A model generated the notes under the pieces. The model saw only the letters and a program-made list of their open reading frames with translations, was not told where the DNA came from and did no database searches. Source: Anthoceros angustus (lineage: Eukaryota; Plantae; Anthocerotophyta). From it: DNA of 64,000 nucleotides. Shown in pieces: positions 49,232 to 59,272 of the stretch (positions within the stretch are counted from its first letter, which is position 1; each line of letters opens with the position of its first letter). The stretch is taken from assembly GCA_010909165.1 (NCBI GenBank), contig MU008159.1, forward strand, positions 2,527,406 to 2,591,405. Direction: 5' to 3'. Made by a program: the position numbers and the translations under genes.

Positions 49232-50354
49232 GTCATTTCCATTGCCCCACCGCATGTTTGGTACCCCATGAACTTGCCTTCCTGCGGCGGAGTTGTGACT
49301 GGTCCAGCAGTTCGACCGTCGAGGCAGGGACAATGTATGTCCCCATCGTTCCAGGCCCCATAGTTCCAGGCCCAAGTTTTAGGATTTTGACTTGGAGAAA
49401 CGAAACGAGGAAGTATCACATGGAAGTGTGTGTCTCACACTTGTGGCAATCAGAACAATTTGGACATGTTTGGCGTGCTTGAAGCAGAAGAAGAAGTCTA
49501 TTGTAGTCCACTTGGACAGTATTTTCCTGTCATAAAGGACTTGGTACTTCACAACTTGCAGCATGGGGTGTCTACGCTAGTTGCATCCACTTCCTCCAGG
49601 CACCCCATCTAAGTGCCGATCTAATGCTTAACAGCGGCTTTCTTATAAATGTGTGTCCATTTGGCCTAAGCTTGGGTAGGTATGGTCGCAATTCGGCCTC
49701 TTTGCGGTTCGAAGTTCGACCGGAAGCTTGAAGAGGGGTACTTCCACTTCCGGATCTTGGAAACCGTAGAATATGGTAGTGCTAAGATGCGATTCTGTTT
49801 CGATTGAGTTGTCGGAGTTGACTAGAACGCCTGCGTGGCAAAACTGTGGCGAGTGTAAGCGACGGCAGCATGCCTAGTTGCGTACGTAGTGTGTAGCCGC
49901 TCTTGTTATTGGTAGCAGGGTGTTTGCTGACTGGAGATAGAAGGCAGAAGTGACATGTATGTAAACCAAAGAAGGCAAGCTCAGGATTTGACATCGCCGT
50001 TTCTAGACGGATACTGAAATACGAAACAAATGTCTACTAGAAACTTGCGTTGCGTGTGGTGTCGTGCATTGTGGAATCGAGCATGCAAATTATGTAGGTG
50101 CTCATAGTTCTGGGCTTTCACGCTACTATCTAGTACAAGAGGTGGGTAGTAGATATTGAACGCTCCCAACAACTAATCTACGTGGTAACGGGGGAGGGGG
50201 GCAGTCTTCGAGGTGAAGCAGTACTGGCACACAAATGCGTTTATGTGTATCTACAACAGCAAACATTTCACACACTTATACTGGAAACCCAAGAAACCGA
50301 CGAGGTCCAGCCGCGTTTTGAATGCATTCAGGCCGACAGGACGCCTTGGGGCGA

Positions 50355-51911
50355 TCAGGATTCGGGCTCGCTGAGAGGATGCGGCAGTCTGAGAGCCTTG
50401 AGCTTGATGGTCCTGGCCTTAAACACCAAAGCCACGGCCAATCCGCAGAGGACGCCGTAGGCCGCATTGTTCCACTGTAGCCCCACAGAGGTGATGACGA
50501 GAACGATGAATATGTCCTTGCGCGAGTTCATGTCCCGCACAGTCATGGCCAGCTCGATACCCGCGTGCAGCAGCAGGGCCCCCAGCAGCGCGACGGGGAA
50601 GCGCTGCAGTACCTCGGCCAGCGAGTTCCCCAGCAGCAAGCCCAGAAGCATCTTCCCCGTGCCCAGCATGACTACGGACAGGCCGGAGCGCGCCCCAAAG
50701 CGGTACTGCCCCGCAAGCCCCCCGCAGCCATGGCAGACGGGCATTGCCCCGAACCAGCAGCCCACAATGTTCATCGTCCCCACGGAGGTGGCGACGCGCA
50801 TGGCCGTGACATCCGGATTTCCAGGGAAGAGATCCTCCGAGAGCTTCACCACGGCGATGACGGAGTTGAGCACGGAAAGCGGGAGCTGCGGGATAGCCCC
50901 CCGGATGAAACCCTCCCGCCAGTCGTGGCGAGTCGGGTGCGTGATCTTAGGGGTAGCCGGCCCCGCCTTGAGGCTCCTCCCCACGCTGGGGTAGCGCGCG
51001 AACGCCAGAATGATGCCCAGCACGAAGATGATGAGGCAGGAGGGCACCGTGGCCAGCCCCTTCCCCTGGGCGTCCTCCTCTGCCACCTCCTCGTCCGTCT
51101 TGAAGAATTTGGCGTTGAGCGCATCCACCTTCCTTGCCACCCTGCTGGGCAGGCTGCTGGAGTCCTTGGACTTGCTGGCCGCGCAGGCTTGCTCCGACTC
51201 CTTGCCCGTCCTCTTCTTGTTCCCGAACTCCCCGCCCACCCCGCTCACCACTATGACGAAGCAGAAGGCGAAGATGGCCAGGACCCGGCCGTCCCAGCCC
51301 TTCCAGGGCCGGTTGGGCCCGGAGGCATTGGACTTGGAGAAGTCCTGCGTGTGGAGGATGTACTTGACGGCGGTGAGGGTGAAGTGGAGCCCCTGCGTGA
51401 GCTGGATGCCCCGCACCACGGACAGCGGGATGAGCCAGTTGAAGAGCGTCATGAGCCCCGACAGCCCGAGGAAGACGAGGATGAAGGACACGGAGAGGCC
51501 CGCCGCCATGATCTGGTTGACCGTGAGCTTGTTGGTGCTGAGCGCGGCCGCCGCGATGGACTTCATGGGCTGCACCGCCATGGGCACGTCGAAGAGCAGG
51601 CCGGTGAGGACATTGAAGAAGCCGTTGAAGAGGAGCGTGGTGCCCAGGTCCAGGTGGTTGTAGAGCGTGAGCGCCACCGTGATGGGGATGTACGTTCCCA
51701 GATCGCCCAGTGCGCCGCTCACCTCGCTGAGCAGGTCCATGTCGGGCCGCCTGAAGTTGAACACATTGAGGCGGCGCTGGAGGAAGGACGGCGGCCCGGG
51801 GTCCTTGGGGCCGACGCCGATGCCGCCCGGCCCGCTCTCCAGCTCCTCCGCGGATGCGGAAGGCGAGGGCGTCCCCGCTATGGGCTGCACTGCCGTCTCC
51901 CAGGAAGCCAT
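50355..51911 (-). CDS. MOT1: Molybdate transporter, MOT1 family (intact, intronless, 518 aa)
   Basis: SEVSGALGDLGTYIPI, VQPMKSIAA, VVRGIQL, QLPLSVLNSVIAV, FGAMPVCHGCGGLAGQYRFGARSG, AGIELA; multiple hydrophobic helices. Confidence 0.96.
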   Translation of the reverse strand: MASWETAVQPIAGTPSPSASAEELESGPGGIGVGPKDPGPPSFLQRRLNVFNFRRPDMDLLSEVSGALGDLGTYIPITVALTLYNHLDLGTTLLFNGFFNVLTGLLFDVPMAVQPMKSIAAAALSTNKLTVNQIMAAGLSVSFILVFLGLSGLMTLFNWLIPLSVVRGIQLTQGLHFTLTAVKYILHTQDFSKSNASGPNRPWKGWDGRVLAIFAFCFVIVVSGVGGEFGNKKRTGKESEQACAASKSKDSSSLPSRVARKVDALNAKFFKTDEEVAEEDAQGKGLATVPSCLIIFVLGIILAFARYPSVGRSLKAGPATPKITHPTRHDWREGFIRGAIPQLPLSVLNSVIAVVKLSEDLFPGNPDVTAMRVATSVGTMNIVGCWFGAMPVCHGCGGLAGQYRFGARSGLSVVMLGTGKMLLGLLLGNSLAEVLQRFPVALLGALLLHAGIELAMTVRDMNSRKDIFIVLVITSVGLQWNNAAYGVLCGLAVALVFKARTIKLKALRLPHPLSEPES

Positions 51912-52059
51912 CTCCGTGTCCGTCCTGGAGCCCCCGGACCTCCCCTCCGCTCCTCTCCCCCTTCAACTTCAACTAGAATTCGGAGCAGCCTCCAAGGCTT
52001 GCGGTGCCAGGAGGTCCTTCTGCTGGGCAGGCCTTGCACTGGGCTCTGCGCTGCCAGCG

Positions 52060-52067
52060 TTTATAGG
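52060..52067 (-). promoter_or_regulatory. Putative TATA box of MOT1 copy 1
   Basis: CCTATAAA on the minus strand ~150 bp upstream of ATG; equivalent position in copy 2 reads CCTATTAAAG. Confidence 0.5.
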
Positions 52068-52714
52068 CGGGAATCTGTGAGGCAGAGGCAGCCAGGCTGA
52101 GGCTGAGGCTGAGGCATGCGCGCCCTGCCCGGGGCCGGCCTGGGCTGGGCAACTTCCCTCGCTCCTTCTCGCAGAATCGATTCCCCCCTGCCGCTAAATC
52201 AGGGTGCCAAGGGGCCCTGCCTCGGCAGGAACCTGTGCTCCAGTGGCGCCCCTTAAATTTCCCGTCTCCGTGCACTCCTTATGAGAATCGTGTTGGTGTT
52301 GCATCAGCACTGCTCCACTCGCTGCACCTGTCCGTGCATGCATTGCATTAATTTAAAGCACACACTGACACAGCGCGATGCATCAGCACCTGCAAGGCCC
52401 TCAAGCCTCCGGTTCCCCGGCACTCGGGCACTCGGGCACTCGGCAGGACAGATATCGCTTCCACCCATAGGCTGCTCGCCCTCGCCCTCCCCGCAAGTCA
52501 AGCACTTGACGAGGGGCCCGTCATCAGCCGACGTGCGCCAATCTTGGCGGCCCTGTCCAGAATCTGTCCACCCCGTCATCGCTGCCTTCTTGTCTGCTCT
52601 CTTGTTTTCCCTTTTCCCCTCTTCCTATTGGCCCGGGCCCCGGAGCAGGGCACAGGCAGGCGGCTTGTGGGGCCACCGCCGCCTATTATAAGCGGAGTCG
52701 GTGCGGACATCCTC

Positions 52715-55181
52715 ATGGCTCTTCCCAAGTCCGGGGAGCCAACTGCTTCACAACCTGGGTCGTCTGCTGCACTTACATACTTCCGCGGCGGCTCGTTGCT
52801 TGTTCGCGTGTTCCTTGTTCCGGCACAGGAACAGGCCGCGCCAGAGCGGGGCCCCTTCTCTGACGTAGGTAGTACATCTTTGGGGTGATTTTTAGAGAGT
52901 GACAGTGCAAGTGAAAGGGAAAGTTACTTTTTGCAATTGTGAGAAATGAAAGTTACGTTTTTACTTTCTAGCACTGATCTCGGCTAGGCTCAATTGGTTC
53001 CATCTTGGACTACAGTCCTCTCTGAGGCCAGAAGATGCGTTGCAAGATGAGGACTACGAGTTGCCCACGGCTGAGGACATGGAGGACACAATCCAATTGC
53101 TCTTCTAAGCTCCGGAGGGCAATAAGGACGGAATAGAGTCGCTTCTTGCGGGAGGACTGGACGTGAACTCCCCGGATATTTACGACCGCACCGCATTGCA
53201 CGTGGCTTCATGTGAAGGCCACATTGAGAAAGGTGCTAAGGTGAACGCGGCAGACCGATGGGGAAGCACGGTGATGCTCGGCCTTGTTGTGGTGTTTCTG
53301 CTGTGCTTCAATGGCTTCTTCAATTTTGTTCCTTTGCACTCATGCGTACAGCGTGTCCCAGGTTGGTGCGTTTGCACGTTGACTCTCTTGGCAATTGGTG
53401 GTTTCCAGCCGTTGCGAGATGCAAACCACTACGAGATGAAGGAGGTGTCGGAGTTGCTGAAGAAGCACGGTGGCAGAATACCTGTGCTGTCCTTTCACCG
53501 GACCTGTGTGTGAACAGTTTGCTTGAAATGGGAGCTCATTCCTTGGCTACGTTTGCTTTAGGGTATCGTGGTAGGTCGTTTGGGGATCATTCTTGCCATT
53601 CTCCGAACCTGCCTTGTGATATGTTGTGGCTCATCTTTTTGGTTTTCAGAAAACCTTTTCATCCATGTGCACCGAGACTCCGCCCGAATATGAAATCAAC
53701 CCTGACCTTCTGCTTTTCGTCAAAGACATGGAAGAAGGAACACTTGTTGATGGGTTGGCACTCAAAGTAGAGTCTGTGGCCAAAGGCAACCAAATTCAAG
53801 CTGCAGTTGTGAGATAGTGCTATGAATCAAATGTATCTGCCCAGAGCACGAAAGTCCATATGTATGTAAAATGCGGTAACCTTGCTGATGCACGTGCGTG
53901 TTGGACACTGTGTCACAGAGTGAAATGTTGCCAGGCAGCTGGAATTTTGTGTCTGTCTGCTGGAAGCATGTGGAAGCCATCAATTGAAGAAGAAAGTCCT
54001 TGTGGAGGGCGAGTGGTAAAGCTACAGTCCTGGCAGAGTAAGGTAGCGCATGTTGTGAAGTGGTTCGCAGGGGTGCCAAATTGCCAATCAAATGAATTTG
54101 CTGCACAGCGCTGGCTGACGCAAAATGTGGTGACGTGGTAAACGTAAATGCACTGGTGTCTTCAACTTTCTTCCCTGCAGCGTATATATGAAGGCAGCCA
54201 TGTGGAATATCATGAGTGACCTTCCTGACGCAGGTGTGGCTCTGAATCTGAATTAAGCGAGGTCTTGTTGGGATATTATTGCAGATGAACAAGCCTAGAT
54301 GACATGTGGGATTATGTTATTACCCTAATGGCAGGTTCTGCGCAATTATCTGGACAAGCATAAAAAGTTGGAGCCCGTAAAAGCAGTGAAGTTTGCTCTT
54401 GATGTGGCAAGGCAAAGGGTTGTTCAAACATCTGAAAACGAGTCAAGCTCAAGCCTCTGGAGCTCCTCAATTCTGAGATTTTCTGCCTGTCCTGTATGCA
54501 CCAGAGGAATGAATTATCTACATGAACGCAAGCCAGAAGCAATTATCCTTCATGATCTCAGTCCAAGGTAATGTTAACATCCGTGCTCGGTGTTCTGTTT
54601 TCAATGCGTTCTGCCCACTACCGCAAGGAGCCAGTGAGTCCTAATGTGGGTCTGTCTGAAGAAGTTTCTGGGACAAACCACTCATCAATCTACCTTCCAG
54701 CAAGCTATCAGAAGCCTCATGCGGGACAAAGGAGGTCATGTGAAGGTGGCAGGCTTCTGTGCAAATCTACTGAGGCGTGAGCGTAATGGGGGCCGCGTTC
54801 CCTATTCTGAGTTCAGCGCAAAGGTCGGGCCAGAATACGACGACGCAGACGAAGGCTTTAAGTCCTACTTGGGCAATGGTTATCTGGCTCACTGCTGATG
54901 TGGACCTCATCTGCTAGTCTTATCCAACATGGACCCGTTAGGGTGTAATCTAACCCCCGGTTCGGCTGCCAGGTCGTTATATGGCTCCCGAGATGACCAG
55001 AGAAGAAGATTATGACTGCCGTTGTGGCAGGCTTCTAGAAGAATGTTGGCACGGTGATCCAAACAAGAGACCAATGTTTTATCACATAATCAGGGAGCTT
55101 GAAGAGATCCACCGGCATTTCAAAGAGGGAAAGTGGCTCGCAAAGGTGAAGAAGTTCATCAAGGACAGGGCTCATCCTGAG
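52715..55181 (+). pseudogene. Integrin-linked kinase-like (ankyrin repeat + Raf-like kinase) gene, multi-exon, internally deleted or degenerate
   Basis: DTIQLLF, DVNSPDIYDRTALHVASCEGH, VNAADRWGST, EYEINP, AVKFALDVAR, GMNYLHERKPEAIILHDLSPR, GGHVKVAGF, RYMAPE, LLEECWHGDPNKRPMF. Kinase subdomains I-IV and IX-X not seen. Confidence 0.85.
53860..54141 (+). pseudogene. PLS-class PPR gene fragment inside the ILK locus
   Basis: MYVKCGNLADAR and QNVVTW match PLS PPR consensus pieces (MYAKCGSLEDAR; DVVTW). Confidence 0.6.
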
Positions 55182-55682
55182 GTGTCTGATGTAGTTTGGC
55201 ACCAGGCTTCAACGCGGTCTACACCTATCAACATAAGGCTCGGAGGCTTGTGTTATAATAATAGCCACTCTTTATTTCTTTTTGGCCCCAAATGGACACC
55301 GTTTTGATGTTTCATAAAATTTCGCAAGCCTTTCGGGACGGAAAGTTAGGCCTATATGTTTTAGTCGCTCTTTTTCACTTGACCGCCCCCTCCCCCCTTC
55401 CCGAAGTCCACCTTCATTGTCCTGGATGGGTTTTTCTTATAGTTTTTTAATAAAATAAAAATTTCTTATCTTTTATTATGGATAAAATGTACTCTACATA
55501 ACGATTGATTATGGACATAACTGATGACTGATAAATACGAGGCAAAGCCAGTCAAGGGAGGCCAAGCGGACATGGTTGTGTAGTGACACGAAGGAAACCT
55601 CTTTGGCTCCGCGTGCTTGGCTGGACAGCAAGTGCCGATGGCACCTCATACAGACGCGGGTCGCAGCGGTGAGAAGAAGAAG

Positions 55683-55907
55683 ATGGGAGTCGTCACGACT
55701 CTGGTTCTCGCCGGAGCTGCGTTGCTGCTTGGTTGGGCCGCCGTGGAGGCGGCTTGCAAACCCTGCCTTCAATCGGGGCGCGAGGCCATCAGCCGCTCAC
55801 TCGATCCTGACTATGATCCTGACGACAATTTGAGCGGAAGCTACTCCGAAGCTCCGCGCAAGGACGACGAGGAGGAGGAGGTGAAGAAGCAGCCGAAGGA
55901 AGTGTGA
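55683..55907 (+). CDS. OEP7-family plastid outer envelope membrane protein (74 aa)
   Basis: MGVVTTLVLAGAALLLGWAAVEAACKPCLQSGREAISRSLDPDYDPDD: N-terminal TM, GW..E...KP.L and DPDD motifs of the OEP7 family. Confidence 0.85.
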   Translation: MGVVTTLVLAGAALLLGWAAVEAACKPCLQSGREAISRSLDPDYDPDDNLSGSYSEAPRKDDEEEEVKKQPKEV

Positions 55908-56384
55908 TGGCAGATCCGCTGTGTCTCAGATTTGTGGCGATTGGAGCAATTTGGACATGCTTGGCGTGCTTGCGTCGGGGATATGACATTGGGCCTCAGA
56001 TTCCGGGTTAGGGTAGATATGTTTGCAATTTGGCCTGCTTGCATTTCGGTCGGAAGCATGGATTGAAGCACTTCCACTTCCGGATCTGGAAATTGTAGAA
56101 TTTCGCAGTGTTTAGATGCGAAGCTGCTTCAATTGAATTGGCGGAATTCCACGTTACTGTGTATGCTGCAATTGCCAACCTTGGATGTTTCCGCCTCAAG
56201 TTAAGTTAGCACGCTCGTTTTTCCTCGTGTCCATTATCTTATCCTCATATCTCAGGGAGGTGACGCTGGAACAGTGTGGCAAAACTTTCGCGACGCGTTG
56301 TACCCCTTTGTTTTTCCCACTATGTTTTTTGTCCATGGTGGTCCTTGCACCCTTTGTGGACTGAGATAGCTCTGTCGTTGTTGT

Positions 56385-56453
56385 GTTGTTGTAGCTCAGT
56401 CGGTAGAACGCAAGGCTCTGACCCTCCGATCGGGGTTGGCGCCCCCGACGGCG
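56385..56453 (+). pseudogene. Degenerate tRNA-Lys(CUU)-like sequence
   Basis: TAGCTCAGTCGGTAGAACGCAAGGCTCTGACCCT versus plant tRNA-Lys TAGCTCAGTCGGTAGAGCGCAAGGCTCTTAACCTT; ends CCCCCGACGGCG; anticodon loop and T-loop mutated. Confidence 0.7.
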
Positions 56454-57386
56454 TTCATTTCCATGGCCTTTGCGTATCTTTGGTACGCTTGAACTTGCTA
56501 CCGCGTCACATTGTTACTGGTCGAGGAGTTCGACCGTCCAGGAAGGGATAAATGTACTTCCCATCGTTCCAGGCCCAAGCTCGGATTTGTGGCGATCGCA
56601 ACAATTGGGACATGTTTGGCGTCCTTTGCGGGCTATGACAGTGGAGCAGACTCTCCGGGTTGGGGTAGTTATGTTCGCAATTTGGTTTTTGCAGTTCGAT
56701 CCGAAGCTTGACGTGAAGTACTTCCACTTCCGGATCTGGACACCGTAGAATATCGTAGTGTTAAGATGCGATTCTGTTTCGATTGAGTTGTCGGAGTTGA
56801 CAGGAACAGCTCTGTGGCAAAACGTTCGCGAGTGTCAGCGACGGCAGCATGCCTAGTTGCGTACATGGGTAGTGTGTAGCAGCCCTTGTAATTGATGAAA
56901 GGGTGTTTGCTGGCTGGAGATGGAGGGCAGAAGTGTCATATATCTACTAGGGAGTGCACATGCAAGCTCGAGGCTTGCAAATCCAAGAAGGCAAGCTGAG
57001 TGAGGACTTGAGTAGGTTATGCATCTCCGTTTCTAGACAGAAACAAAAGAACGAGACAAATGTAGAAACTTGGGTTGCGTGTTGTGGATTGTGGAATCAA
57101 GCATGCACATTATGTAGAAGCTCATAGTTTTGGGCTTGCACGCCACTATCTACCACAACAAGTACAATGGGTGTGGGTAGTAGATGTTGAACGCTCACAA
57201 CAACTGGTTTACGTGGTAACGGGGTGCAGTCTTCGAGGTGAAGACTGGCACACAAATGCGTTTGTGTGTTATCTACGACAGCAAACATTTCACACACTTG
57301 TTGGGAAACCGAAGAAACCGAGGAAGTCCAGGTGCCGTGAAGTCGCGTTTTGAAAGCATTCAGGCCGACAGGACGGCTTGGGGCGA

Positions 57387-58918
57387 TCAGGATTCGGGCT
57401 TGCTGAAAGGATGCAGCAGAGCCTCGAGCTTGATGGTCCTGGCCTTAAACACCCAAGCCACGGCCAATCCGCAGAGAAATCCGTAGGCCGCATTGGACCA
57501 CTGTAGCGCCACCGAGGTGATGACGAGAACGATGAATATGTCCTTGCGCGAGTTCATGTCCCGCACAGTCATGCCCAGCTCGATACCCGCGTACAGCAGC
57601 AGCACCCCGAGCAGCGCGACGGGGTAGCGCTGCAGCATCTTGGCCAGCGAGTTCCCCAGCAGCAAGCCCAGAAGCATCTTCCCCGCGCCCAGCATGACTA
57701 CGGACAGGCCGGAGCGCGCCCCAAAGCGGTACTGCCCCGCAAGCCCCCCGCAGCCATGGCAGACGGGCATCGCCCCGAACCAGCAGCCCACGATGTTCAT
57801 CATCCCGACGGAGGTGGCGACGTGCATCACCGTGACATCCGGATTCCCAGGAAGAGATCCTGAGAGCTTCACCACGGCAATGACAGAGTTGAGCACGGAA
57901 AGCGGGAGCTGCGGGATAGCCCCCGATGAAACCTCCCGCCAGTCGTGGCGGGTCGGGTGCGTGATCTTGGGGTAGCTGGCCCCGCCTTGAGGCTCCTCCC
58001 ACGCTGGGGTAGCGCGCGAACGCCAGAATGATGCCCAGCACGAAGATGATGAGGCAGGAGGGCACCGTGGCCAGCCCTTCCTGGGCGTCCTCCTCCGCCA
58101 TCTCCTCGTCCGTCTTGAAGAATTTGGCATTGAGCGCATCCACCTTCCTTGCCACCCTGCTGGGCAGGCTGCTGGAGTCCTTGACTTGCTGGCTGCGCAG
58201 GCCTGCGCCGCCTCCTCGTCGAACGAATCCTCCTCCTTCTTCCTCTTCCTGAACTCCCGCCCACCCTGCTCACCACGATGACGAAGCAGAAGGCGAAGAT
58301 GGCCAGGACCCGGCCGTCCCAGCCCTTCCAGGGCCGGGGCCTCGAGGCCTTGGACTTGGAGAAGTCCTGCGAGTTGAGGATGTACTTGACGGCGGTGAGG
58401 CTGAAATTGAGCCCCTGCGCGAGCTGGATGCCCCGCACCACGGACAGCGGGATGAGCCAGTTGAAGAGCGTCATGAGCCCCGACAGCCCGAGAAAGACGA
58501 GGATGAAGGACACGGAGAGGCCCGCCGTCATGATCTGGTTGACCGTGAGCTTGTTGGTGCTGAGCGCGGCCGCCGCGATGGACTTCATGGGCTGCACCGG
58601 CATGGGCACGTCGAAGAGCAGGCCCGTGAGGACATTGAAGAAGCCGTTGAAGATGAGCGTGGTGCCCAGGTCCAGGTGGTTGTAGAGCGTGAGCGCCACC
58701 GCGATGGGGACGTACGTTCCCAGATCGCCCAGCGAGCCGCTCACCTCGCTCAGCAGGTCCTGCCGCCGGATTCGGAACACATTGAGGCGGCGCTGCAGGT
58801 AGGACGGCGGGCCGCGGTCCTTGAGGCCGATGTCGAAGCCGCCCGGCCCGCGTTCCAGCTCCTGCGCGGATGCGGAAGGCGAGGGCGTGGGCTGCACTGC
58901 CATCTCCCGGGAAGCCAT
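57387..58918 (-). pseudogene. MOT1: Molybdate transporter MOT1 copy 2; several frameshifts that may be sequencing errors
   Basis: Highly similar to 50355-51911; ORF split across three frames, mostly by 1-nt deletions in G/C runs at ~57850-58270. Confidence 0.85.
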
Positions 58919-59073
58919 ACCGAGCTCCGCTCCGCTCCCCTTCCCTTCCCTCTCCGCCCTTCAAGTAGCCCCGGCCCGAGCAGCAACCAAGGCTAGCGGT
59001 GCCAGGAGCTGCTTCTGCTGGGCAGGCCTTACGCTGGGCGCTCCGCCGCCAGCTTTAATAGGCGGGAATCTCT

Positions 59074-59272
59074 GAGGCTGAGGCAGAGGCAGAGGCAGAG
59101 GCAGAGGCTGAGGCTGAGGCAGCCAGGGTGAGGCATGCGGGGGGGGGCCCGGGGCCTTCCCGGAGCTGCCCAACTTGCCTCCCAGATTTGATTCCCCACT
59201 GCCGCTAAATCGGGGTGCGAAGGGGCCCGCCTCTGGGCCTCTGGGCCTCTGCCTCTGCCTCTGCCTCTCCCC
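59074..59272. repeat. (GAGGCA/T)n hexamer run and inverted (CTCTGC)n run in the MOT1 copy 2 promoter
   Basis: Visible at 59074-59123 and 59230-59272; shorter run at 52079-52115 in copy 1. Confidence 0.8.

Noticed and set aside
50565-52100. 511-aa + strand ORF and other long ORFs overlapping MOT1
   Set aside because: Antisense or alternate-frame shadows of a GC3-rich gene.
55617-55682. N-terminal extension of the OEP7-like ORF in the track
   Set aside because: Begins at a non-ATG codon; family homology starts at the ATG at 55683.
55932-55973. Zinc-knuckle-like spacing (LWRLEQFGHAWRAC) in the repeated module
   Set aside because: The first two cysteines are absent in all copies, the last is not conserved, and one copy has a stop there.
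56385-56453. Functional tRNA with a CTG anticodon
   Set aside because: Anticodon stem and TTCGA T-loop are disrupted; it is best read as a decayed tRNA-Lys.
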